From: Planctomycetota bacterium
GTDB lineage: Bacteria > Planctomycetota > B15-G4 > SIAN01
Assembly: GCA_031409275.1 (NCBI GenBank)
Contig: JANNXA010000014.1
Span: forward strand, 192,001-256,000
Direction: 5' to 3'
Length of the DNA: 64,000 nt
Shown in pieces: positions 52,817 to 64,000 of this stretch (positions are counted from its first letter, which is position 1; each line of letters starts with the position of its first letter). A program made the translations under genes and the position numbers. The notes under the pieces are model-generated. The model ran no database searches and was not told the origin of the DNA. It saw nothing but the letters and a program-made list of their open reading frames with translations.

Positions 52817-53126
52817 CCGTCGCCTCATCGCCGTGCGCCGCCGCCGGCACGATCAGCTCGTTCGACGGCAACCCCGACGCGCCATTCTTCTCGCGCGCGA
52901 TGCGCTCGATCGTCTCCGGGTCGTTGGCGCCGCGTTCGGTGGCGCGCAGCCGCTCGAGCTCGTCGTCGAGCTGCTCCTTCGCACGCACCATCCGCTGATG
53001 CTCGGTATCGAGCTCCGCGTTCTTCTTCAACGCCGGCTGCGCCGTCCGCCAATAGAGCAGTGTCGCTACCAGCAGCAGCGCGAGCGTGAGCCCGAAGTCG
53101 CGGATGAGCTGGCGCGAGCGCGGCAT
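52806..53126 (-). CDS. ftsB: Septum formation initiator FtsB/DivIC-family protein
   Basis: Single TM, leucine-zipper coiled coil, DPETIERIAREKNG motif, and position immediately downstream of eno. Confidence 0.8.
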   Translation of the reverse strand: MPRSRQLIRDFGLTLALLLVATLLYWRTAQPALKKNAELDTEHQRMVRAKEQLDDELERLRATERGANDPETIERIAREKNGASGLPSNELIVPAAAHGDEATDEE

Positions 53127-53127
53127 G

Positions 53128-55736
<2,609 letters not shown>

Positions 55737-55738
55737 TC

Positions 55739-57148
55739 GTGGAGCCCTCCGCACCGCCCGAACGGAGTCCACCGACCGCCGCCGCGCGCTCCGAGCGCGG
55801 AACTGTGCTGCTCGCGCAGCTCTACGGCTTCTGCCTGATGGCGGCCAACGGGCTGCTCAAGCCGCTGCGCGAGAACCTCGGCGTCGAATGCGGCGCGCGC
55901 AACCTCGAGTGGCTCTGGCTCGGGACGCTGGCGGTGACGATCGCGATCCTGCCGCCTTACTGGCGCCTCGCCGCCGCGCGCTCGCGCAAGAGCGTCATCG
56001 CGTGGGTCCACCGCACCGTGTCGCTGTCGCTGATCGCCTTCTACGTCTGGTTCGCGCTCTTCCGCCCGGACCACCTCGCCACCGCGGAGAGCAGCGCCGT
56101 CGGCCGCTTCCGCCTCGACGCCGCGGCGCTCTACGTCTGGATCAGCGTCTTCAACCTGCTGCTGTTGTCGCTGTTCTGGAGCGCGATGGCCGATCGCCAC
56201 AACGCGGCGCAGGGCAAGCGACTCTTCGGCCGCATCGCGATCGGCATCACGGTCGGCGCCATCACCGGTTCGCTCGTCGCAACGCGGGGCGCCGATGCCC
56301 TCAAGACCGACGGGCTCCTGCTGGTGGCGGCGGTTCTGGTCGAGGGAGCGACACAGCTCGGTCGGCGGTTGGCAGGCGACGAGGCGCGCGCAGCGCCGGC
56401 GGCGGCAGCGGGTCGCGACCTCCGCTCGGCGTGGCGAAAGTGGGTCGCCGGCTTCGAAGGGGTCGCGCGCTCCCCCTACCTGCTCGGCCTGATCGGCTAC
56501 CAATTCCTCTCGATCCTCGCGTCGACGCTGCTCTACACGCAGCGCACCGAGCTGATGGGCGCGTCGGGACTCGCCCGCGACGCGCGCACCGCGCTGTTCG
56601 GCTGGAACGATCTCGCCACGCAGACGCTCGCGCTGCTGCTGCAAGGGTTCGTCGCAGCGCGCTTGCTGAGACGCGCCGGCGTCGGCGTGACGCTCGCCGC
56701 GCAGATGGTGGTGGCGCTCGCGGGATTCGTCGTGCTCGGCTTCGCGGTCGACGCGGGCGGCCCGCTCGCCGCCGACGCGACCTGGTGGCGCTGGCTTCAG
56801 ATGCCGGCTGCCCCGCCCAACGTCGCACTGGCCGCGGTGCTGCTGCTCTTCGTGCTGCAGAAGGGGGTCGAGTACGGCCTCTCGAAGCCGGGCCGCGAGA
56901 CGCTCTTCACGGTGGTGACGCGCGAGGAGAAGTACCAGGCGAAGAGCCTGATCGACACCGGCCTCTACCGCGCCTTCGACCAGGTCTCGGTCGTCACCAC
57001 CACGCGGCTGCGCTCGCCCGACAGCGGATTCGGCTTCGCGCTATCGACCTGCGCGTTCATCGTGGCGCCGGTGATGGCGCTCGGCGTCGTGCTCTCGTTC
57101 TGGCTGTCGCGCCAGCACGCGCGCCGCGCCGCTGCTACCTCTCCGTGA
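55739..57148 (+). CDS. NTT/AAA (ATP:ADP antiporter)-family MFS transporter
   Basis: LLKPLRENLG, LFWSAMAD...QGKRLFG and KPGRETLFTVVTREEKYQAKSLIDT; about 11-12 TM segments. Confidence 0.88.
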   Translation: MEPSAPPERSPPTAAARSERGTVLLAQLYGFCLMAANGLLKPLRENLGVECGARNLEWLWLGTLAVTIAILPPYWRLAAARSRKSVIAWVHRTVSLSLIAFYVWFALFRPDHLATAESSAVGRFRLDAAALYVWISVFNLLLLSLFWSAMADRHNAAQGKRLFGRIAIGITVGAITGSLVATRGADALKTDGLLLVAAVLVEGATQLGRRLAGDEARAAPAAAAGRDLRSAWRKWVAGFEGVARSPYLLGLIGYQFLSILASTLLYTQRTELMGASGLARDARTALFGWNDLATQTLALLLQGFVAARLLRRAGVGVTLAAQMVVALAGFVVLGFAVDAGGPLAADATWWRWLQMPAAPPNVALAAVLLLFVLQKGVEYGLSKPGRETLFTVVTREEKYQAKSLIDTGLYRAFDQVSVVTTTRLRSPDSGFGFALSTCAFIVAPVMALGVVLSFWLSRQHARRAAATSP

Positions 57149-59189
57149 GCTCGGCGATCAACCCGTCCGCCCGGTAGACGCGCCGCAGCACCGCCAGCAC
57201 GCCGCGGAAGTCGACGACGGTCGAGCGCGCGTTGGGATCGAACCAATCGGGATGCGAGGTGCTCTCCGCCAGGACGCCGAGCAGCCGGCCGTCGCGTCCC
57301 ACCACCGCACCGCCCGACGATCCATCCAGCGCGTCGCAGCTCGTTTCGAAGGTCGCGGTCACGTCGGCACCGACCTCTGCGAGTTTTCGCCAAGGAGACT
57401 CCGGCGAGAGGCGAGGCAACAGTGCCTGGAATCGCTGGCGGTAGGAGTGACGCCAACTCGCTGCTGGATCGTCCGCTGGCACGCCGCACGCGACGCCGAA
57501 CGAGAAGCTCGCGGTGCCGTTCGCCTCGGCCGGCGTCGCGGAGCTCGACCGCGCGGCACGCCAGCGCTCCTCCTCGTTCGGATCGGCGTCCAGGAAAGAG
57601 GCGCTCAGCGCCGCCTCGGTCGCCACGCGCAACTCGATCCGCAGCGCAGCCAATCGCTTCAGGAGCTCCTCGTAGCGGGCCCTTCGCCCGTCTTCGCCGA
57701 ACCGCAGCGCGCTCCAATCGACCTCGCGTTTGGCCGAGGGCATCGGAGCCAACCAACCGTCGAGCGCCGCCACCAGCCGATCGTCGGGCTCGAACCTCTC
57801 GCGAATCCGCTCCACCACGCACGCGACGAAGCAATCGGCTAGCTCGTCGGAGACGCGCGTATCGGACAACCGACCACCGAGACGCCGGAGCGGCGCCGAG
57901 TCGAGCGAGTAGAGGCGATCGCTCCGCGGCGACAACTTCTCATCATCCGTACCGATCGCCGTCGTCGCGGACTGCGCGAGCACCTCGCACCAGAAGTCAC
58001 GCGCAGCGAACCCCTGGTAGTCCGCGAATCCGCGGGCGAGCACCGATTCCCGCGCCTCCCATGCAGCCAATTGCGTCGGGTCGGAGCTCAGCGCCTCGCG
58101 TCGTCGCGCGAGCGTCGCCGTCGGAGAAACGGGCGCGGTCGCGTCATCGAGCTGCTCCCACCAGGCGCCGACGGATCGCAGCTCGTCGGCGATGGTCTGC
58201 CGCAGCGCAGCTCCCTCGCCGTGGATCGAGACGCCTCTGGTCGTCGCCAACAGCGCCGTCTGCGCCACCTCGAGCAGGTCGAGGCGCAGAGGCAGCCCGG
58301 TCGAGCGCAGGAACTCGAGCTCGGCCACGCTGCGCGCCCGAGCGCTTCGCGCCGGGTGGCCAAGCGTTGCCACGAAGTCGCCTTTTGCCACCGGCGCATC
58401 CGCGGGCCGCAGCCACGCTTCGGGACCGACGGCGACTCCGCCTCGGTAGACCCTCAGCAACGCGACGTCGGCCACCGGCGGCTCGCTTGGGAGCCACCGA
58501 CCTTCGCGAAAGACAGGATCACGGAGGACAGGCTCCGGCAAAAACACCAGGCGCACGTCGTCGAACCGCTCGTAGCGGGCAAGGAAGTACCGCTCCTCGC
58601 CCGCGACCGTCACCAGTCGCACGTGGCTCGTGATCGCGCGGGGATTGGCCGCAACGCGCGCCGCTTCGACTCGCTCCGCCTCGGCGACCAGTCGGGCGAT
58701 CGCCGCATCGTGCGCGCGCCGCGGCGTCCAGAAGTCGGGGTCGCTTCGCCGCGCTTCGCTCACCCACTCGCTCACTCGGTCGCTCACCTCCTCGATCGTT
58801 CCGACCCGCTCGACCACGAGCCCCGGACAGGGCAGCTCGTCGTGACGCGTACTCGCGAGGTATTCCCAGCGCGAGAGGTCGCGTGGAACATTGCGCGCGC
58901 CGCGAAGGAGTTCGGTGACCACGTGCCGGCACGTGAGGATGAGTCCGTTGGGGCCGACGAAACTGCCGCTCCAAGCATGATCCTCGCGCGCACGATTCGG
59001 CACGATCCGCACCGACGCCGCGCGCAGTCCGTCGAAGACCGCCGCATCGACGTCGATGCAAAGCGCCGCGCGCACCGGCGCGATCGGCGGCGGCACGAGC
59101 GGCCAGAAGCCCTCCTCCGCGCGCGCCGAGGCAAGGAGGGCCAGAGGCGCCAGCTGCGTGACCAAGCGAAGCACTGCGGCTGAACTCAT
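57135..59189 (-). CDS. Divergent S46-family (DPP7/DPP11-like) serine peptidase
   Basis: Signal peptide then EEGFW; SGSFVGPNGLILTCRHVV; DVRLVFLPE; ADVALLRVY; LGHP; DALDGSSGGAVVGRDGRLLGV. Confidence 0.75.
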   Translation of the reverse strand: MSSAAVLRLVTQLAPLALLASARAEEGFWPLVPPPIAPVRAALCIDVDAAVFDGLRAASVRIVPNRAREDHAWSGSFVGPNGLILTCRHVVTELLRGARNVPRDLSRWEYLASTRHDELPCPGLVVERVGTIEEVSDRVSEWVSEARRSDPDFWTPRRAHDAAIARLVAEAERVEAARVAANPRAITSHVRLVTVAGEERYFLARYERFDDVRLVFLPEPVLRDPVFREGRWLPSEPPVADVALLRVYRGGVAVGPEAWLRPADAPVAKGDFVATLGHPARSARARSVAELEFLRSTGLPLRLDLLEVAQTALLATTRGVSIHGEGAALRQTIADELRSVGAWWEQLDDATAPVSPTATLARRREALSSDPTQLAAWEARESVLARGFADYQGFAARDFWCEVLAQSATTAIGTDDEKLSPRSDRLYSLDSAPLRRLGGRLSDTRVSDELADCFVACVVERIRERFEPDDRLVAALDGWLAPMPSAKREVDWSALRFGEDGRRARYEELLKRLAALRIELRVATEAALSASFLDADPNEEERWRAARSSSATPAEANGTASFSFGVACGVPADDPAASWRHSYRQRFQALLPRLSPESPWRKLAEVGADVTATFETSCDALDGSSGGAVVGRDGRLLGVLAESTSHPDWFDPNARSTVVDFRGVLAVLRRVYRADGLIAELTER

Positions 59190-59202
59190 CGCGCGCTCCG
59201 AC

Positions 59203-60453
59203 TCACTCCCCGCCGATCGCCACCCTCTTCCAGAGCCCCGACGGCGCCAGCAGCGGAGCGGGCAGCAGCCAGATCACGACCTTCTTGCCGGCGAGCGGCG
59301 CGTCGCGGCGGGAGAGCGCCTCGCGGCACGCGAGCTCCGCTCCGCCCTGCGGCGCGATCACGTCGACCGGCGCGCCGGTGAAGCGCATCAGCTGATCGAC
59401 GAAGGAGGAGTGCAGCTCCTTGTGCATCGACGCGAAGCTGTCGCCGAGCAGCACGATCGCGCTGGCACGCGCGAGCTCGGCCGTCGGACCGCCGCCGCCC
59501 TGCCAGTCGACCGCGTTCACCCCCACCCCTTCGGACGGCGCCCCTTCCGCCTGGCCGATCCCTTCGCCGCGCACCTGCCCGAGGCGGCGCACGACGTTGA
59601 AATCACGCCCCTCCTGCCAGCGCGGCGATTGCGGCAGCGGCAGCTCCGCCGACTCGAACTCGGCGAGGCGCGACGCGACCTGTTGCGCCGCCAGCTCTGC
59701 ACCGCGCGGCGTCCAGTGGTTGTTGCCGCGCAGGTAGAGGCGGGCGCGACGCGGATCAGGATCGGTGCGCTGCGCGGTGAAGGCGGGCACGAGGTCGACC
59801 GACTCGACTCCCGCCTCGGCCAGGAGCGCCAGGAAGCGCGTGGTCGCGGCGACGCGCGGCGGCAACGGCGTCGGAACAGCGCGCGCCGGCAGCAGCAGTT
59901 CCGGCTCGAGCTCGGCGCGCGCCGGGATCGGCACGAAGAGGAGCGTCGCGCCCGCCGCCGCGAGCTGCTGCTGCAGGTCGAGCAGCACCGCGAACGGGTG
60001 ATTGGGTGCATCGATTCGCAGCGCGAGCGGCGACGCATTGGCGGCTTCGCGCGCGTTCCAGTCGAGCCATCCGCGCGCGGCGCTCTTGGGCAGCCAATCG
60101 TCGCCGAAGCGAACGAAGCGCTTGCCGCTCGGTTCCTCCACCAGCGCGCGCATCGCGACGGTGAACTCGTCGTCGAGCGCGCGCGCATCACCTCGCTCGA
60201 GCTCGAGCGCGCGCGCCGACGCGGACGTCGCCTCGCGCGCGAGTCGCTCCGCGCGTGGCACGGCGATTCGCGCCGGCGCGGTGGCGCCTTCGGTTGGCGC
60301 TTCATGGGGCGCCTCGCCGCAACCCGGAAGCAGCAGCGCCAGCACGAGCGCCGGCAGCGGCAGCCGCAGCAGCGCCGCCAGCAACTTGCGCAGCAGCATC
60401 ACGAGCGGGTGCGACGGGCGGCGGCGCGCGACACGACGGCGCACGCTCGTCAC
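59203..60453 (-). CDS. AlgX/AlgJ-like SGNH-type lipoprotein (start 60453 GTG or 60399 ATG)
   Basis: Lipobox LLPGC; LLFVPIP; LYLRGNNHWTPRGA; VLLGDSF; VVIW. Confidence 0.8.
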   Translation of the reverse strand: MTSVRRRVARRRPSHPLVMLLRKLLAALLRLPLPALVLALLLPGCGEAPHEAPTEGATAPARIAVPRAERLAREATSASARALELERGDARALDDEFTVAMRALVEEPSGKRFVRFGDDWLPKSAARGWLDWNAREAANASPLALRIDAPNHPFAVLLDLQQQLAAAGATLLFVPIPARAELEPELLLPARAVPTPLPPRVAATTRFLALLAEAGVESVDLVPAFTAQRTDPDPRRARLYLRGNNHWTPRGAELAAQQVASRLAEFESAELPLPQSPRWQEGRDFNVVRRLGQVRGEGIGQAEGAPSEGVGVNAVDWQGGGGPTAELARASAIVLLGDSFASMHKELHSSFVDQLMRFTGAPVDVIAPQGGAELACREALSRRDAPLAGKKVVIWLLPAPLLAPSGLWKRVAIGGE

Positions 60454-61607
60454 TCGAACAGCGCCACCGGCTTGAACTGCGGGGACGGCGCGAGCGCCGC
60501 CTCCTGCATCAGCCAGATCACGACCTTCTTGCCGGCGAGACCGTCGCCGCGGCGCCGCAGCTTGTCGCGGCATTGCAGCTCGGCACCGCCAGCCGGCGCG
60601 AGCACATCGATCGGCCAGCCGGTGAAGCGGAAGAGCTGGTCATGGAACGCCGCGTTGTACTCCTTGTGGAAGTCCGCGAAGCTGTCGCCGAGCAGCACGA
60701 TCGGCCCGTGCTGCTTGGTCTCCTTCTGCAGTGGCGGCCCGAGCGGCTGGATCGAGTTCACCGCGATCGGCTCTGGGACGGCTCCTGGCGCCTGTCCATT
60801 GCCCTCGGCGTTGAACTCGAAGGGGCGGCGGCGTACCGCGAACGCGCGCCCCTCCTGATAGGGGCCGGGCTTGAACCACGGCATCTGCGCGAGGCGCTGC
60901 GCGACGCGTTGCGCCGCGAGTTCGATGGCGCGCGGCGTCCAGTGCATGTTGAAGCGGTGGTAGAGGAACTGGCGCCGCGGGTCGCTCGCGCCGGCGTCGA
61001 AGCACGCGGCGAACTCGGGCGCGAGGTCGATCACCTCGACTCCAGCTTCGGACAGCGCCTGCAGGAAGCGCGTCTGCGCCGCCACCATGCCGTGAAACGG
61101 CGCGCCGGCATCGGCGGGAGCACCGGCGTCGATGGCGCGCGGAGTCGCCAATCCGGGCACGACCAGCGCAGGATCGAGCTGCAGCCGGGTCGGGAACGAG
61201 ACGTACACGAACTCGATGCCATGGTCGTGGAGCTGGCGCGAGAGGTCGGTGATCGCGGCATACGGGTGGCCGTCGAGCTCGAAGTCGAGCGCCGTCGGCA
61301 GGGTGCGCCCAGTGGCCGGACGATTCCAGGTGAGCCAACGCTCGACGGTGACCATCGAGACCTTGCCGTCCGCCACCGGCCACCACTTGTCGCCGTGCGC
61401 CTGTTCACGCACCGCGGCGAGCGCGGCCGCGAACTCATCGTCGTGGCCGAAGGCCTCGACGGCGGCGTGCGATGCCGCGAGCGTCGCACGGTCCGCCTCG
61501 ACACGAGCGGCTCGCAGCGTCGCGACGTCGGTCGGATCGGACTGCGACACGGCCGCCCCGCAGAGAGCGAGCGCGAGCGTCGTCAGCGCCGCAAACGATG
61601 GCCTCAT
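60450..61607 (-). CDS. Secreted AlgX/AlgJ-like SGNH-type protein
   Basis: GGAGG SD; signal peptide; LYHRFNMHWTPRA; VLLGDSF; KKVVIWL; paralog of 59203-60453. Confidence 0.8.
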   Translation of the reverse strand: MRPSFAALTTLALALCGAAVSQSDPTDVATLRAARVEADRATLAASHAAVEAFGHDDEFAAALAAVREQAHGDKWWPVADGKVSMVTVERWLTWNRPATGRTLPTALDFELDGHPYAAITDLSRQLHDHGIEFVYVSFPTRLQLDPALVVPGLATPRAIDAGAPADAGAPFHGMVAAQTRFLQALSEAGVEVIDLAPEFAACFDAGASDPRRQFLYHRFNMHWTPRAIELAAQRVAQRLAQMPWFKPGPYQEGRAFAVRRRPFEFNAEGNGQAPGAVPEPIAVNSIQPLGPPLQKETKQHGPIVLLGDSFADFHKEYNAAFHDQLFRFTGWPIDVLAPAGGAELQCRDKLRRRGDGLAGKKVVIWLMQEAALAPSPQFKPVALFE

Positions 61608-61627
61608 GTCCTCCCCCGCTCGAATGT

Positions 61628-61650
61628 CGATGGCGCCATCGTAGTACCAT
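61628..61650. promoter_or_regulatory. Perfect 14-bp palindrome next to a TACCAT -10 box in the divergent algX-like/algI-like intergenic region
   Basis: CGATGGCGCCATCG at 61628-61641; TACCAT at 61645-61650 on the + strand. Confidence 0.45.
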
Positions 61651-61696
61651 GCCGTCCCAACCCCGGGCGGCGTCCCGGAGCCACGGCAGGGCCGCG

Positions 61697-63109
61697 ATGG
61701 TCTTCTCGACCCAGATCTTCCTTTTCTACTTCTTGCCGCTGACGCTGCTGGGCAACTACCTGTTGCCCGTGCGTTGGCGAAATCTGTTCCTGACGCTGGT
61801 CAGCTACGTCTTCTACGGCTGGTGGAACCCCTGGTTCGTCAGCCTGATGGCGCTCTCGAGCCTGATCGACTGGTGGGCGGGCGCGATCATCTGCGCGCCC
61901 GGCGCCTCGCCACGAAAACGCAAGGCGGGTCTCTGGTTCTCGCTGGTCTCGAACCTCGCGCTGCTTGGCTACTTCAAGTACGCGATGTTCGCGCAGGAGA
62001 ATTGGAACCGGCTGGTCGAGATCTGCGGCGGCACGCCTAGTCCCGTCGTGCTGATCACCCTGCCGGTCGGCATCAGCTTCTACACGTTCCAGACCATGTC
62101 CTACTCGATCGACCTCTACCGCGGCCAGGCGACGCGCGCGAAGAGCTTCATCGACTACATGTGCTTCGTCTCGCTCTTCCCGCAACTCGTCGCCGGGCCG
62201 ATCGTCCGCTACCAGGACGTGGCCGACCAGCTCCGCTCGCGACCGCAGAAGGGCGAGCTCTTCGCGCAAGGCGCGTTCGTCTTCATGTGCGGCTTCGCCA
62301 AGAAGGTGCTGCTGGCCAATACGGTGAGCCAGGCGGCCGACCTCTGTTTCGACGACGCAACCGCGCTCGGGCAGGGCACCGCGTGGTTCGGGCTGGTCTG
62401 CTTCTACTTCCAGCTCTACTTCGACTTCTCCGGCTACAGCGACATGGCGATCGGGCTCGGCAAGATGCTGGGCTTCACCTTCGTCGAGAACTTCGCCTCG
62501 CCCTACAAGGCGGGCAGCTTCACCGAGTTCTGGCAGCGCTGGCATCTCTCGCTGACCACGTTCCTGCGCGACTACGTCTTCATCCCGCTCGGCGGCAGTC
62601 GCGGCACGAAGTGGCAGACCGCGCGCAACACGATGATCACCTTCCTGCTCGGCGGCCTGTGGCACGGCGCGGCGTGGCGATACATCATCTGGGGCGGCGC
62701 GCACGGGCTGATGCTGGTGCTCGAACGGCTGTCGGGCAAGGGTTGCCTCTGGTGGTTCCTGCCCAAGGTCGCGCGCACCGCCGTGATGGTCGCGATCTTC
62801 CAGTTCAACTGGATCGTCTTCCGCTGCGCCACGCTGCACGACGGCGCGCTCTACCTGCACGCGATGTTCCACGGCAACGGCAGCAGCAGCGGCCAGGCGA
62901 TTCTGGCCGGCCAGATCCTCACGCCGTTCTACGTCGTCGCGCTGCTGGCCTGCGCCGTGGTCGTCTTCCTCGGCACCGAAACGCGCCACCTGGTCGAGAA
63001 GGCGCAGAAGAGCTGGTTCGTGGCGCTCGGCATCGTCGCGGTCTTCGCGTGGAGCGTGCTCGCGCTCTTCTCGCAGGCCGAGAACCCTTTCCTCTACTTC
63101 CGGTTCTGA
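61697..63109 (+). CDS. algI: AlgI-like MBOAT O-acyltransferase
   Basis: MVFSTQIFLFYFLP, LPVGISFYTFQ, FPQLVAGPIVRY, QLYFDFSGYSDMAIG, FWQRWHLSL, GLWHGA and C-terminal NPFLYFRF. Confidence 0.93.
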   Translation: MVFSTQIFLFYFLPLTLLGNYLLPVRWRNLFLTLVSYVFYGWWNPWFVSLMALSSLIDWWAGAIICAPGASPRKRKAGLWFSLVSNLALLGYFKYAMFAQENWNRLVEICGGTPSPVVLITLPVGISFYTFQTMSYSIDLYRGQATRAKSFIDYMCFVSLFPQLVAGPIVRYQDVADQLRSRPQKGELFAQGAFVFMCGFAKKVLLANTVSQAADLCFDDATALGQGTAWFGLVCFYFQLYFDFSGYSDMAIGLGKMLGFTFVENFASPYKAGSFTEFWQRWHLSLTTFLRDYVFIPLGGSRGTKWQTARNTMITFLLGGLWHGAAWRYIIWGGAHGLMLVLERLSGKGCLWWFLPKVARTAVMVAIFQFNWIVFRCATLHDGALYLHAMFHGNGSSSGQAILAGQILTPFYVVALLACAVVVFLGTETRHLVEKAQKSWFVALGIVAVFAWSVLALFSQAENPFLYFRF

Positions 63110-63121
63110 GCGGGGACCACG

Positions 63122-64000
63122 ATGACCGGAACGCCTTCGACCGCCGCCACAAACCCCGCGAACGAACCGCTCGCGCGCGCCGGTGCACCGCTGCGCGCGA
63201 CCGGCTGGCTCTTCGTCGCCCTGCTGTTCGTCTCGCCCTTGGCGCAGCTCGCCTACGAGAAGCGCCGCGACCAGCCGCTGCAGGCGCTCGACTATTTCCG
63301 CCCCTTCGCGCACGGACCCGGCGGTCGCGGCCTGGCGACGTGGAGCCGCGAACTCGGCAACGACCTGATCGACGCCACGCGACTGCGCCGATTCGACAGC
63401 GAACTGCATGACGCCTCCTTCATCACCAAGGAGCTGCTGCCCGGCTACCAATGGCTGCTGACGCGCACCTTCGGCCACGGCAACGAGAAGGTGGTTCCAG
63501 GCCGCGACGGCTGGCTCTTCTTCGCCGACGACCTGAAGAGCGCCTACGGCAAGGGCTACCTCGAAGCGGACGTCGGCGGAGCGGAAGCCCTCGCCGCCAT
63601 CACCGACTTCAAGGGGCAGCTCGACGCGCGCGGCATCGCGCTGCTGCTGATCCCGTCGTACAGCAAGGAGCTGCTCGACGCCGACCGCCTCTCTCGCTTC
63701 AGCGCCGGAGCGCCGTCGGCACCCAATCCCGACCTCGAACGCTTCTACGCCGAGCTCACCGCACGCGGACTCGACTTCGTGCGCATGGACGAGCTGCTGG
63801 CGCAGTGCCGCGCCGCGCAGCCCGACCCGTCCGCGCCGCTGGCCCTGCCGCGCGACACCCACTGGTCGCCGTCGACGATGGCGTTCTGCGCCGGCTCGAT
63901 CGGCGCGCGCGTGCGCGAACTGCTGATGGAGCCGCCACCGGTGGCGCACCGCTACGAGAAGCGCTCGGTGGCGACCTTAGGGCAGGGCGACCTCGTGCGC
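63122..64000 (+). CDS. AlgJ-like O-acetyltransferase (3' end outside window)
   Basis: Translated by hand from ATG 63122 (absent from the ORF track): N-terminal TM, GNEKVVPGRDGWLFF, QLDARGIALLLIP and LPRDTHWSP. Confidence 0.85.
   Translation, partial: MTGTPSTAATNPANEPLARAGAPLRATGWLFVALLFVSPLAQLAYEKRRDQPLQALDYFRPFAHGPGGRGLATWSRELGNDLIDATRLRRFDSELHDASFITKELLPGYQWLLTRTFGHGNEKVVPGRDGWLFFADDLKSAYGKGYLEADVGGAEALAAITDFKGQLDARGIALLLIPSYSKELLDADRLSRFSAGAPSAPNPDLERFYAELTARGLDFVRMDELLAQCRAAQPDPSAPLALPRDTHWSPSTMAFCAGSIGARVRELLMEPPPVAHRYEKRSVATLGQGDLVR

Overview
High-GC (~70% by eye) bacterial chromosomal segment, most likely from a Planctomycetota-like organism. This is inferred from the secreted prenyltransferase-repeat proteins, the MoxR-DUF58-BatA module and the giant Ig-like lipoproteins. 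Housekeeping genes are cysS (partial), nusA-infB-rbfA, thiS-thiG, larE, purM and eno-ftsB. They are interleaved with many uncharacterised envelope proteins. The main accessory blocks are: (i) three tandem ~1040-aa paralogous lipoproteins (17049-26894) with a conserved scaffold and variable Cys-containing loops; (ii) an 11-gene, ~21.6 kb, largely translationally coupled minus-strand operon (28264-49882) encoding MoxR AAA+, DUF58, BatA/vWA, vWA/GATase-like, a giant beta-propeller/TPR protein, two exported prenyltransferase-repeat barrels, a three-part DUF4175-like/coiled-coil set and a secreted barrel protein; (iii) a Tat-exported NAD(P)-dependent reductase paired with an NTT/AAA-family nucleotide transporter; (iv) a divergent AlgI/AlgJ/AlgX-like O-acylation cluster running off the right edge. 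Smaller oddities are an inverted DUF503 cassette between infB and rbfA, a rimP-leader-like hairpin with no rimP, an archaeal-looking PurM and a degenerate GalT-like gene coupled to thiG. I saw no rRNA, tRNA, CRISPR array, transposase or integrase. All family assignments come from motif recognition by eye; no searches were run.
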